A stretch of DNA of 64,000 nucleotides from Azolla caroliniana (Eukaryota > Plantae > Polypodiophyta). Location: contig JBHGNT010000017.1 in the NCBI GenBank assembly GCA_043228905.1, positions 17,546,001-17,610,000 on the forward strand, read 5' to 3'. Made by a program: the position numbers and the translations under genes. The notes below the pieces were generated by a model. The model was not told the DNA's origin. It searched no databases and saw only the letters and a program-made list of their open reading frames with translations. Positions 48,701 through 60,664 of this stretch are shown one piece after another (position 1 is the stretch's first letter; every line of letters starts with the position of its first letter).

Positions 48701-48723
48701 ATCATCATCATCATCATCATCAT
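42340..48723 (-). CDS. LRR receptor-like kinase 2 (tandem paralogue), join(48723-46668, 46351-45545, 42785-42340), ~1102 aa
   Basis: Same architecture and intron positions as RLK1, HCDLKPSN non-RD kinase, open exons and canonical splice sites. The start lies within an (ATG)8 run. Confidence 0.93.
43790..44410 (+). mobile_element. 3' fragment of an L1-like LINE in RLK2 intron 2
   Basis: zf-RVT-like CARCGGRLDTVPHLLWTC, with a poly-A at ~44397-44410. Boundaries approximate. Confidence 0.7.
44829..45268 (-). mobile_element. Solo LTR (440 bp) in RLK2 intron 2
   Basis: TGTTA...TAACA termini with a perfect 5-bp TSD CAATG. CTATAAATA on the minus strand at ~45096-45104. Confidence 0.88.
45545..46351 (-). 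CDS. RLK2 exon 2 (C-cap, TM, kinase subdomains I-VIII)
   Basis: Acceptor TTTTACAG|GA; donor CCAG|GTATGC. Confidence 0.92.
46668..48723 (-). CDS. RLK2 exon 1 (signal peptide and LRR ectodomain)
   Basis: Within ORF 46570-48849; donor ACAG|GTATGT. Confidence 0.92.
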
Positions 48724-49789
48724 CTTCTTCTTCTTATTCCCATCCTTGAGGCATGTATATGTGTGAGAGTGTCTTTCTCTCAGTTTGTCTGTGTCTACTA
48801 CAGTGCTTTTCCCTCCATAGCCAGAACTATTCGAAGAAAGAATGGTCAATAAAATAACGGATGCAGAAGAATTGACTGATTCCGTGGTACGAAACCATCA
48901 ATCACCATCTGTTACATACTCTGTATCTGTTGACAGGTAAACAAAGATGTGTGTAAGAAATGGCAGTTCTTGGATTTGAACCCAAGACCTTAGGTTGAGA
49001 CTCTAACAACTTATAATTCATGAAGAGAGAGAGAGAGATCAAAATAAACATACATATTTAAGTGTATAAAAATATATATATGTAAATGAAGTATAAGTTT
49101 CCCAATGTGAAAGCTTATCAATTGGCTCGAAAAGAAGTTTACGTATCATCGGAATATCCCAATCTTTTCGATGAAACCCTTACGGTGGCTCAGTAGCCAT
49201 TGTTTTAGCCATGGTGTCTCTTGTTATTGCCATGGCAAAAAATGGCTATAGCCAAAAGGTGACTAATTCAATGATGTCGGTGTTATGGAAAAGGAACGAG
49301 AAATGTAGTATTCCTTTGCTCGCATGGACTCGTATGGCGGGGAGCAAATATTGAATTCCCATTCTCAACCTATAAACAAATTCCTGTGGTCCAAGAGAAT
49401 ACATATGTTTACATATCTTGGTAGTAATCCTAGTCAACATATCCCGGTTGTCCACCATGGCTAGTAGACTAAAAACTCCATATATGCCTTTGATTTTGCC
49501 AATACTGGAGTTGTTCACCATCACCTGACTGTCCACTAGGGTGATGCTATTTGACAAATGTTTTGTACACAACAGTTGAAGACACCAAAATAGTCCATGA
49601 TGCACCTGACGCTTGGGTAAAACGTGATGGGCTACCATGGATAGCCCCCATGTATCATCTCCCAAATCAAAACGACCATGTCCTTCATCTCCATGAAAAT
49701 TGAAATGTACTTGTAATAATCTCCCTATAAACAAGATGAACTATGTCCTCCACACCTCACACCATCTGCTTCGATCCCCACACCATCTT

Positions 49790-50830
49790 CACTCTTAAGA
49801 ATAGACAAATTGCTTCATTCAGTCCACATCAACCATCTCGCCAAATACCACCATTGTCATGTGCAATTAACAACAAATATAAGTGAAAAATGGTTCCTCA
49901 TCCCCTCATGATCTGCTCCGGTCCCCCCCACCATCATTACTCCTAAAAATAGACAAATTGCTTCATTCAATCCACATCCACCATCTCGCCGAATACCACC
50001 AATGTCCTGTGCAATTAACAACAAAATAAGTGAAAAATGATTCCTCATCCCCTCATGATCTTCTTCAGCCCTCACACCAACACCACTCATCCTCTCGCCG
50101 TGACAAACATGCTTCAAATCCCATTGCCATCATCCCGCAACCTATGAGAACCATACTATCTTCTTAACTTAGCCCATATCAAGAGCATCTCGCTGACCCT
50201 ATTCCATCTCACTGATTACCACGATCTTGTACTAACAGCCAAAAATGAGTGAAAAACAATTCCTCACCTTCTCATAATAATCTACTTCAGCCCCCACACC
50301 AACATCACTCATCCTGATCACAAAAACAGAAAACCGGCTTCGGCATGTCCCCATCTACCATCTTGCTATCTCCGATTCTCTCAGGATTCCTGCCTATTAT
50401 TGCTAAAATCCACCAAGGTCCTGTGCAAATAACAAAAAATAAGTGAAAAATGTTTTGTCCTCCACTCATGATCTGCTACAACCCTCACACCATCACCACT
50501 CATCCTCTTGTGATGACAAATATGCTTCAAACCCCATCGCCATCATCCCTCAACCTATCAGAACCATAACATCTTCATAAGTAAGCCCTGATCTGAAGCA
50601 TCTCGTTGACCTTCTTGCCATATCGCTGATTACCTCGAAAATCTTGTTACACTAACAACCAACAAATGAGTGGAAAAAAGCCTCGCCTTCTCATAATAAT
50701 CTGCGACAACCCCCACCAACATCAGTCATCCTGATCACAAAAATAGAAAACCAATTTCCTCATGTCCACATCCACCATCTTGATGTCTCCGATTATCACA
50801 GGAATTCTGCCTCATACCACTAAAATCCTT
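49790..50830. repeat. Degenerate compound tandem repeats (~148-bp pair, then ~415-bp pair)
   Basis: AATAGACAAATTGCTTCATTCA occurs twice and TGTGCAA.TAACAA.AA..AAGTGAAAAATG recurs. Confidence 0.75.
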
Positions 50831-51210
50831 CTTATACTACTCTGCTTCAACACCCTCAACATCATCCCTCATCCTCATGTCTTCATCCACCATATGGCTA
50901 TCTTCACTTGTCATCAACACCTTATACATTAAAATAGTCTTCCTACATGCCACAACCGTCTCCTCCATGTTGGCTCATGTTGTTCGCAGTAAGAATGGTA
51001 CTGGTGGCGGGAACAACCAACGAGGTGGTACATAGTTCCACCTAACCTCAGTGCATGCATCTAACATTATAGGAATAGTTGACAAAACTAGTCAAAATCT
51101 CCTTCTTTTTCGAATAGATGTGTTTCCAGAGCCCTTATAACTGTCATACTCACCTTTAACCGTATGTACTAATAAGTTCCAAAAAGACTTTACCTGATCC
51201 ACAACATGAT

Positions 51211-54200
51211 TGTTGAGAGACAAGCTCAACATCAGCCGGATCGGCTGAAGAAGCCGAGGACCGGATCGGTTGGGACCGATTGGTTAGGCCGAATGCGTAA
51301 ACCGGTACGCAGACCGGTGTGTAGATAGGGCCGGATCGGTGCGGAAACCGGGAGGCCGTTAGGAAAGATATTCCGTGAGGAATATGTTTGGGAGTTAGTG
51401 TAGGAGCTCTCAATGAGCATTGAAGTACTGTCAGTACTTTTGTCAGTCCTTCTAGGACTTGTATAAAAGTGTTCATTGAACACACATATGTATAGAGTCG
51501 TGAATAGAGGTTGAATATAGTTCTTGTGTGTTCTCTCTCTCACTCTCTCTGTCTCTCCCGCGTATACTGCGTAAGCTCAAGCTCTCCATTAAACCTGAGT
51601 TTTCTTCCTTCTGTTCGGTCTTCACACTTGCTTCCGCACGCTACTTTTTACATGGTATCAGAGCGCGAGGGTTGAGAACCTCTCTGCAGCCGACACAGCT
51701 TGACGAAGAAGAACCAGAAGAACGATGGATAGAGGCATGACGAGCTCGCTTCCAACAGAGAAGCTCGACAGAACCAACTACGCGTCTTGGTCCTACAAGA
51801 TGCACCAGTACCTGCTCGGGCACGGCTACTGGAGTTACGTCGAAGGAGCTAATGACGCGGCACCCGAATCGACACACAGAGACTTCCCGTCGTGGGAGCA
51901 ATCGGCGAGCAGGGTATTATACTGCTTCGCGTCGTGTGTGGGGGAACAACTATTGAGCTATGTTCGGGATGCAAAGACGCTGAAGGGTGCGTGGGAAAAT
52001 CTGAAGAAGATTTTCGCCGTGAGCACCATAGCCAGGAAGCTTGAGCTCCGACAAGAGTTGAGCAACCTACGACAACGTGACTTGTCAGTGGCGGACTATA
52101 CCTCGAAGATCAAGGATATCGGCGACTCCCTCGCCTCCATAGAGGTGAACATCGAGGAGAGCGAGATGGTCCAGATTTGTCTCGGAGGTTTGGCGTCGAA
52201 GTTCGGAGCGTTCCGAACGGCTGTGTGTACCCGGGAGAATACGCCGTCCTTTTTCGACTTACAGTCAATGCTCCTGGTAGAGGAGAACCACGCGGGTGCG
52301 TCTACAAGCACGCACACCGACGGCAGAATGCTGTACACGGAGAGAGATAGGCCCCGTGGACGTGGAGGACGAGGCGAGTCGGCACGCAATGGAGGCGGCC
52401 GACGAGATCAAGGAAAAAGGCACCAAAGTGATGCCGACAGCAACTCCGGACCCTCCGGAAACAGGGGGAGTCGAAGCGATGAGAACCGGCAAGGGAAGGC
52501 CATCGCGGAGTGTTGGTACTGTGGCAAGAAAGGCCACAGGGAAAGTGAGTGCTGGAAGAAGCGCGCCGATTCGGAGAGAACCGGTTCCGGAAACGGCTCC
52601 GGACATACCGACAAGGGAAATCGGCAACGATTGCACTACGCCGAAGACTCCGGGAGAGCCGGAGAAGGGTTTGCCTTCGTGACGAGACACGAAGCAAACT
52701 CAATGAAACGAACCACCCCGAGATCTGACGAGGTGTGGTACGTAGACTCCGGCGCGTCAAACCACATGACGAGCCATAAGGAGTGGTTCTCGTACCTTGA
52801 AAAACCGATACAACCTGGAGTAGTCGCAACTGGAGACGACACTCCGCATCCGATCGCGAATGTCGGAGAAGTTCCCCTTAGCCATGTCGGGTAGAAAGGG
52901 AAACTCATGAACATGCTGCACGTTCCGACAATCACGAAGAACTTGGTCTCGGTCGGACAGATCGTCGACCAAGGGATGGAGGTTCGGTTTACACACCTCG
53001 GGTGCTTCATTGAGGAAGAAGGCCGTGTGATTGCGCAAGGGCACAGAGACGGGAGGATGTTCATCCTCGACTCCACTGACGGCGACACCGCAATGTTCGC
53101 GAAGGGACAAAAAACTGAGTCGGACATCGACTTGTGGCACAAGCGGATAGGCCACGTCAACTACCAGCGGCTTCAAGATCTGCAATCGAAATAGGTAGTG
53201 TTCAGATTGCCCAAATTTAGTGGCCGAAAGGCACAAATTTGTGAAGCCTGCCAGCTCGGGAAGCAACACCGACTTCCTTTCCCCAACGAGCGAAACCGGA
53301 GCCGGAACAAGCTCGACCTTATACACTCCGATGTATGGGGGCCAACACAAAACGTTAGTCTTGGCGGGAGCCGATATTTCGTCTCCTTCATCGACGACCA
53401 CACACGGCACACGTGGATCTACCTCATTGAGAGGAAGAGCGAAGTTTTCGACTGCTTTCGGGACCTCAAAGGGTTCGTGGAAACGGAAACGGGACGCAAG
53501 ATCAAGTGCCTACGGTCGGATGGCGGGAAAGAGTACTTTTCCGGTCAATTCAACGGTTATCTACAACAAATGGGAATTCGGCGCGAATTCAGTTGTAGAT
53601 ACACGCCGTAGCAGAATGGCGTGGCCGAGAGGAAGAATCGGTCAGTTGTGGAAGCGGCACGGGCAATGCTGGAGGAGAAGAGCTTGCCCAAGTTCTACTG
53701 GGCCGAGGCGGTAAGGACTGCGGTATACATCCAGAACCGGATCGGAGACAAAGTGTCGGCGCACGAGCTATATTTCGAAACGAAGCCGAACTTGCGACAC
53801 TTGAGGGTGTTCGGTAGCATTGCGTATGTGCATGTACCGAAGGAGAAAAGGAGGAAGCTGGACGCAAAGGCCGAGAAATGCATCTTGGTCGGTTACTTGG
53901 ACGAGCAGAAGGGTTATAAGTGCTATAACCCTCGCACCAAACAAGCGTGTGTTAGCCGCGACGTTGTGTTTGACGAGTCCGCGTCCTGGTACCAGCCCTC
54001 GACTCCGAACCCCGACTCCAATCCGAGCTCTGACGATGAGGTCAGCGAGGCCGAGATGCCCCCGGATGAGCCTGAAATCGAGACCCGCGAAGAGAGTCCG
54101 ATTTCACTCCGTTTAAGTGGACCGATTGGACGACTAAGTCGGTACGACCAGTCCGATGAAGAGCCGACGAGTAGTGGAGACTCGGGCGTGCATTCCCCGC

Positions 54201-56952
54201 GCAGGAAGCCGAGGAGACGGCTTATGCGCAAAGAGAAAGGGAAGAAGAAGGTGTCAGATTCCGGCACGGATAGGAACGAGTCAGACCGACGCGAGTCCGA
54301 CTCCGAGGGAACCGGTGACGGGTCTTTAAAGGTGAAGTCCGCGTCGACCGAGAAGGCCTCGACATCGGCTAATGTGAGATTACGCCGATCTACCCGCCAG
54401 AGGAATCCTGTTTTGCGGTTCGGATACAACGAGTACATGGCGCATCATTAGGGCGTACATGACCCGTGTAGCGGAAGTGCGTGAGCCGGAGAGCTACGCA
54501 GAAGCGGCTAAAGACGCGACTTGGCGTGCCGCGATGGAGGAAGAGATGCACGCATTGGCGGAGAACGAGACTTGGGACTTGGTTGACGCACCGAAGGGTG
54601 TGAAGCCGATCGGGTGTAGGTGGGTGTACAAGGTCAACTACAACACCGATGGCTCGGTCAACCGGTACAAGGCTCGGCTAGTGGAAAAGGGCTATGCGTA
54701 GAAACACGGCATCGACTATGATGAGACGTTTGCGCCAGTCGCGAAAATGACAACCGTCCGTGTTTTGCTCGCAGTAGCTGCGGTGAAGGGGTGGCACTTA
54801 CATCAGATGGATGTAAAGAATGCGTTCCTGCAAGGTGACCTTGAGGAACAGGTGTACATGGTATAGCCCCCCGGATTTCACTCTGGAACGAACTCCTCGG
54901 CAGTATGCTGACTGAAGATCACGCAACAACTGTGTCGGATGGGCTTCGTCACGTCAAAATCGGACTCTTCCCTGTTCATCCGGAAAGGTCGACTCGGACC
55001 GGTTAGTATTTTACTATATGTTGATGACTTGGTTATCACTGGCGCCGACCTAGATGAAATCGACCGCGTGAAGCTCCAGCTTGTGGCATCGTTCGACATG
55101 AAGGATCTGGGGGACCTTCATTACTTCCTCGGGATCGAAGTGATCCATACCCCCGAAGGCATATTGATCAGCCAATGTCATTACGTGCTGAGTATGCTCT
55201 TCAAACTCGGGATGGCCGACTGTAAGTCCATCTCGACTCCTCTGGACAGAAATGTCAAGCTTCGTCCCGATACGGGAAAGGTATGCGACCCGACAAGGTT
55301 CCGACAAATTGTCGGAAGCCTCATATACTTGACCATCACCCGACCCGACCTCAGTTATCCGGTCGGAATGATCAGTCAGTTCATGGCGCGACCTACCGAG
55401 GAGCACCTTCAATGTGCGCAACGCATACTTCGGTATGTCAACGGCACTAAGGACCGGGGACTGCTATATCGGACCGGTGCAGCCGCGCAGTTAGTCGGCT
55501 ACACCGATGCTGATTGGGCTGGCAACGCCGCCGATCGCCGATCCACGTTCGGATACGCGTTCTCCCTCGGGAGTGCCGCGATCGCGTGAAGCAGTAAGAA
55601 GCAGCCGACAATTGCACTGTCGAGCACCGAAGCTGAGTACCGAGGAGCGGCTGTCGCGACATGCGAAGCCATATGGTTGAAGCAGCTACTTAAGGACCTG
55701 CAAGAGGAGGTGTCCGATCCAACGACGATCTACTATGACAACCTCAGCAACATCCAACTCGCGAAGAACCCCATCTTCCACGCACGGACCAAGCACATTG
55801 AGGTGCACTACCATTTCGTCCGTGAGCGTGTCCTTTTCGGTGAAGTCGAACTTCAGTACGTTTCGACGGATTGGCAGACTACCAACATCTTCACCAAGCC
55901 TCTTGGTCTGGACAAGTTGTGGCAATTCTCAGGTACGCTCGGATTGCGTCACCTCGACGTGCCAAACTTGAGGGGGAGAACAGTCCCGAATGACCAAGCA
56001 AGGCAGCAGGAAAGGAGCGGAGACCGCGACACCACCGAGTCGGTTGACTCGATTGTCGCGTTCGACTTCGGATCGGCTGAAGAAGCCGAGGGCGGACCCG
56101 CGGAAAAGTCTGGAAGCGGACAGAAGGGGAGCAGCCGAAGGAGAAAGCCGAAGCCAACCACGCATGGGGAAGATGACGCCATCGAGGGCGAGAAGACCAA
56201 AGACGAGTTGGAGACAGCCAACTCGGATGAGAGCGAAAACCAATCGGAGGTAACCGAGTCGGTTCGGATGTTTGATTCAGATACGCTGAATCAACCGAGG
56301 CCCAAGCGGAAGAAAAGGCAGCAGGAGAAGCGTCAACACTGCAACAACAGAAGAGCTGATAAGGGCCACGTGAGCAGACAAGCCGACCGGAAGGGTTGAA
56401 GCGCGCGGAGTCGAACAGGTCGTGGAGCGCGAGCGAGGTGTGAAGCCAGGAGGAACCGGAGCTGTGAGCCCGAAGATCCCGAAGAGCCTCAAGTTGAGCT
56501 TGAGGGGGAGTGTTGAGAGACAAGCTCAACATCGGCCGGATCGGCTGAAGAAGCCGAGGACCGGATCGGTTGGGACCGATCGGTTAGGCCGAATGCGTAA
56601 ACCGGTACGCAGACCGGTGCGTAGATAGGGCCGGATCGGTGCGGAAACCGGGAGGCCGTTAGGAAAGATATTCCGTGAGGAATATGTTTGGGAGTTAGTG
56701 TAGGAGCTCTCAATGAGCATTGAAGTACTGTCAGTACTTTTGTCAGTCCTTCTAGGACTTGTATAAAAGTGTTCATTGAACACACATATGTATAGAGTCG
56801 TGAATAGAGGTTGAATATAGTTCTTGTGTGTTCTCTCTCTCACTCTCTCTGTCTCTCCCGCGTATACTGCGTAAGCTCAAGCTCTCCATTAAACCTGAGT
56901 TTTCTTCCTTCTGTTCGGTCTTCACACTTGCTTCCGCACGCTACTTTTTACA
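51211..56952 (+). mobile_element. Full-length young Ty1/copia element E
   Basis: 442-bp LTRs at 51211-51652 and 56511-56952 with 3 differences counted. PBS TGGTATCAGAGC at 51653-51664; PPT at 56500-56510; perfect TSD ATGAT. Confidence 0.97.
51725..56399 (+). pseudogene. Copia E gag-pol with nonsense mutations, one frameshift and an RT deletion
   Basis: gag, CWYCGKKGH, YVDSGA, INT, RT (YVDDL) and RNase H occur in consecutive ORFs separated by stops. Confidence 0.95.
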
Positions 56953-59900
56953 ATGATTATCTTCATCATTGTATAACTTGGAACACCTAGCTTTCCAAAG
57001 AACCCATAGAGACAACGAGGAGACAATCTGCCAAACATAACTCCGTGAGAAGAACTTGATTCCATGCAAGGAGCTTGATGTAGAATATACCTGAAAACTT
57101 CTTACATGTAAAGACAAGGAAGAATGATTATAATGATAAAAAGCCCTTTGTTGATCCAACATTCCCTAGAAGACTGCACCCCACGTGAAAATAGTAGACC
57201 TATACTTACGACCTAGAAGCCTAAGAATTCGACACCAAAAACTTTTTGCGGAAACACATTCCCAAAATACATGATGCAATGTCTCATCCGCAAACCCACA
57301 CATAATACATGACCAATTACTCACCGATCCCCTCAACAAATCACCTACTGGCAATGCATAATGAATCATCAACCACCGAAAATGCAATATCTTATTGATG
57401 CATTTAATTGACCAAAACTGTTTCCAAAACATAACCATATGAGCAGATGAAACATTACCTTCCTCCCAATACTTTTTTCCAGCAGGTATCAGCTCGGTCT
57501 GCTTCAACATAAAATTCTTGCCAAACGCCACTGAATATGTGAAGAAAGGAAGGACCTTAGTCGAAGAGTCAGACATGGACAATTTCCAACCATAATCCGC
57601 TGGATCCCACTACAGGTCATCAATTGGTTTAGAGTCTAACACTGAAATATGAGATGAGAAATAGCAATTAGTGGACTAGGATCGATATATATATATTTAT
57701 CTAATCTAGCAATTACTCGCATTGGAAATTGCTTCGCATCAAACATGATTGGAGACTCCTCATCCACTAGTATCAACCTACCATTGTCCAAAACTTCATA
57801 AGAATAGAGGTTGCCATTTTGATAATATAACCGAGCTCCTATGAGTATATTGAGTGTCGAGAACATACCGTACCAACTCTGAAAATGATCGAATTGCAAT
57901 CTTGGCACTATGACCTAATACATCGTGGACAATTGTGATAACATGATCTGAGCCCCTCTTAAGTTAGATAACCTATTCCTTTGATCTTGTGTAGAGGACT
58001 GCATAAACTTTATCCAATCTGCAACCGTACGAGCTGGTCCACTATCCATTACAGCCCATGATAACCTAGGGCATAAACCCAAAACACATGCAGCTTCATC
58101 AGTAAATAAAGGATTCCATATCAATGGGTGGCAAGAAAACGAGTGCTTGCCGAAGACTTTCCTATGCCTGAAAAATTCCATTGAAGAAACACAACGATCC
58201 ATCATTGGACTTAGGTAGCTGGAAATTTGCATTAAAGAACCATCTAAGACTATCCTTCCATTGACCACCTACTGAAGGCTTGACCTTATGTAAATGCTGA
58301 ATCCATAGCTTTTTCCATAACTCCTCTCTTGGCAATAAACTCCTAACAACATGTTTAGTAAGTAAAACTTTGCTTTGCATAAATGGATCAATCAAACCTA
58401 AACCTCCTTTTTGTTTAGCTTGTATCAGAATAGACCAAGCTACCTTTGCTATAGAATTGTTTGACCTATTGTTCCCCCAAATAAAATTTCGTACTAAACG
58501 TTGAACTTTCAACATTATTGACCTAGAAAACAACCATGTAGATGCTATATACCAAATCGAGGACAACAACACCGAATTAGCTACAACTACCCGTCTAGTT
58601 AAGGATAATTTTTCTTTATTCCAATATACTAATTTATTTCTTAATCTTAACAATAAGGGTGCAATCATATCTTCTGTCTTTAATCCCACACCCACTCGAC
58701 AACCTAGATACCTAATAGACTGACCTTGAGGTATCCATGTGAATCCTAAGGAAGGTACATTAACTAGCGATCTCCCGAAGTGACCCAAAAACCTAATGAT
58801 TTATCCCAATTTATCAATGCACCCGATGCATCTGAGAAATCATCCACGACCTTTTGCACTTGTAACAAATTACAATGTGAGGCTTGAACATATAAAGCTG
58901 TATCATTAGCGAATTCACTATCCACACCAACATTTGCCATTGGTAGTGCTAAACCTTTAATATTTACATATTGAGAATTTAAATGTACAGAAAATGCTTC
59001 AGATACTAGCAAAAACAGGAAAGGAGCAAGTGGACATCCCAGCCGTACAAATCTTGAAATAGAAAACCGCCTACCAATGTCCCCTACAAATAAGAGAGAA
59101 CTATTTGCATTACGATATAATGCTGAAACTCCTCGTATCCATGTGCTTGGGAAACCCATCCTGAAGAGTGTTCCCTCCATAAAATCCCAGTCCACTCTGT
59201 CGTAAGCTTTTTCAAAATCAAGAATATAACACCATCAAATCTTGCTTCTGCACTTCCGCGAAGGTCACCATTTCCCAAAAGAGAATAATATTATCAAAGA
59301 TACTTCGCTCTTGCAAAAAACCAGTTTGGGTATCATGAATCAACTCCGAAAGATAAGTTGTAACCGTCTAGCTATTGTTTTTGCTAATATCTTATAAATA
59401 ACATTCAACAAGGTGATTGGTCTCCAATGGCTAAGCTCTTCTAATTGTCCACTTGTTTTAGGAATCATATAGATTAAACCCTCCTTCCATTCTTGTGGCA
59501 TATTTCCAGAATCTAAAATATGTTGATAGGCTTTGGTCAACCCATCACCTATCAAATCCCAATACTAGATATACCATTGAATTCCCAACCCATCCAAACT
59601 AGGACAAACATCCTTTGCAAGGGCTTTTATTGCTTTAAAAACCTTGTGAGGACTTAATGGTTGTAAAGACAACCTAAAAGATTTCCAGAAACCCTATTAT
59701 GAATCCTAGACCATATGATGTCCCTCTTAACTAGATTAGCCTCAGAAAAGGGTCTAGCTTTTAACAAAGCCTCATAATAATCAGAGGCTATTTGTTGCAT
59801 CTGACTAGGATTTGTGGTATAGGAGCCATCAGGACATTTTAATCTAGAAATCCTAGTTGATGACTTATGATGATTATGCACTGCAAAGACACAACTTATT

Positions 59901-60664
59901 GACTTTATCTCTCGATTCAGCCCATGTGGATGATATATTGTGATAATTAAAATCAACAAAAATCTTTTCTAAGTCCAATATTTGATTCCCTACTTGTACC
60001 ACTTGAGAACTTATATAACTTGAATATGGTCTTCTCTCTTGCAAATGTTGCAGGGATTTCAATCCCCTACGAAGCCTACCTATTTTAGTTAAAGACGCAT
60101 AAAATACTTGTTTAGCTTTACTGTTAAAAAATTGTTGTGTTTCACTAATAGCCTTCTGGACACTAGATAATGCATAATCATAGGAGTAGTCATACTTATT
60201 CCAAATATTATGCACAGTAGGAGAACAATCTGGGCTAAGAAACACATGATTCGGAATTCTAAACCTTGAGTTCTTATAATGCTCATGTAAGACTATAACT
60301 AACCGAAGCAGTGCATGATCAGAAAAGGAAAATGAAGGTATGATTCCAATGGAACCTCCTTTGTCCCATAAAAACTTATTAGCGTAGAATCTATCTAAAC
60401 TAGACAAATTTGCATGTGACTGTCTTCTATCTGATCTTGAATACTCTAAGGAATCTTGTATCCTTGCAAAAGAAGACACATGCCACAAGTCCAATAAACC
60501 TAAAGAAAAAATTAAACGTTCCCATTCATATAGTTCTAAACACACCCATCCTCCAACATATTAAAATCACCCGCAATTGCCCAGTGGTCAACAACCGGTA
60601 ATTGTGCCATTAGGCTCTTCCAAAATATCGTTCTATCTTTAGTATGATTCGGTGCATATATATT

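Larger units (their letters stand above)
50990..60664 (-). mobile_element. L1-like LINE ORF2 (EN-RT-zf-RVT), disrupted and split by copia E
   Basis: NIYAP and AIAGDFN in EN; WRPITLLN, RLGCPLAP, FANDT; CIMCGFADETLHHVFWEC. The C-terminus WNYVPPRWLFPP at ~51000-51040 lies on the far side of copia E. Confidence 0.9.

Noticed and set aside
33674-48723. Assigning the symbol FLS2, EFR, GSO or PSKR
   Set aside because: The kinase is FLS2-like but the LRR number and island differ. Orthology cannot be judged by eye.
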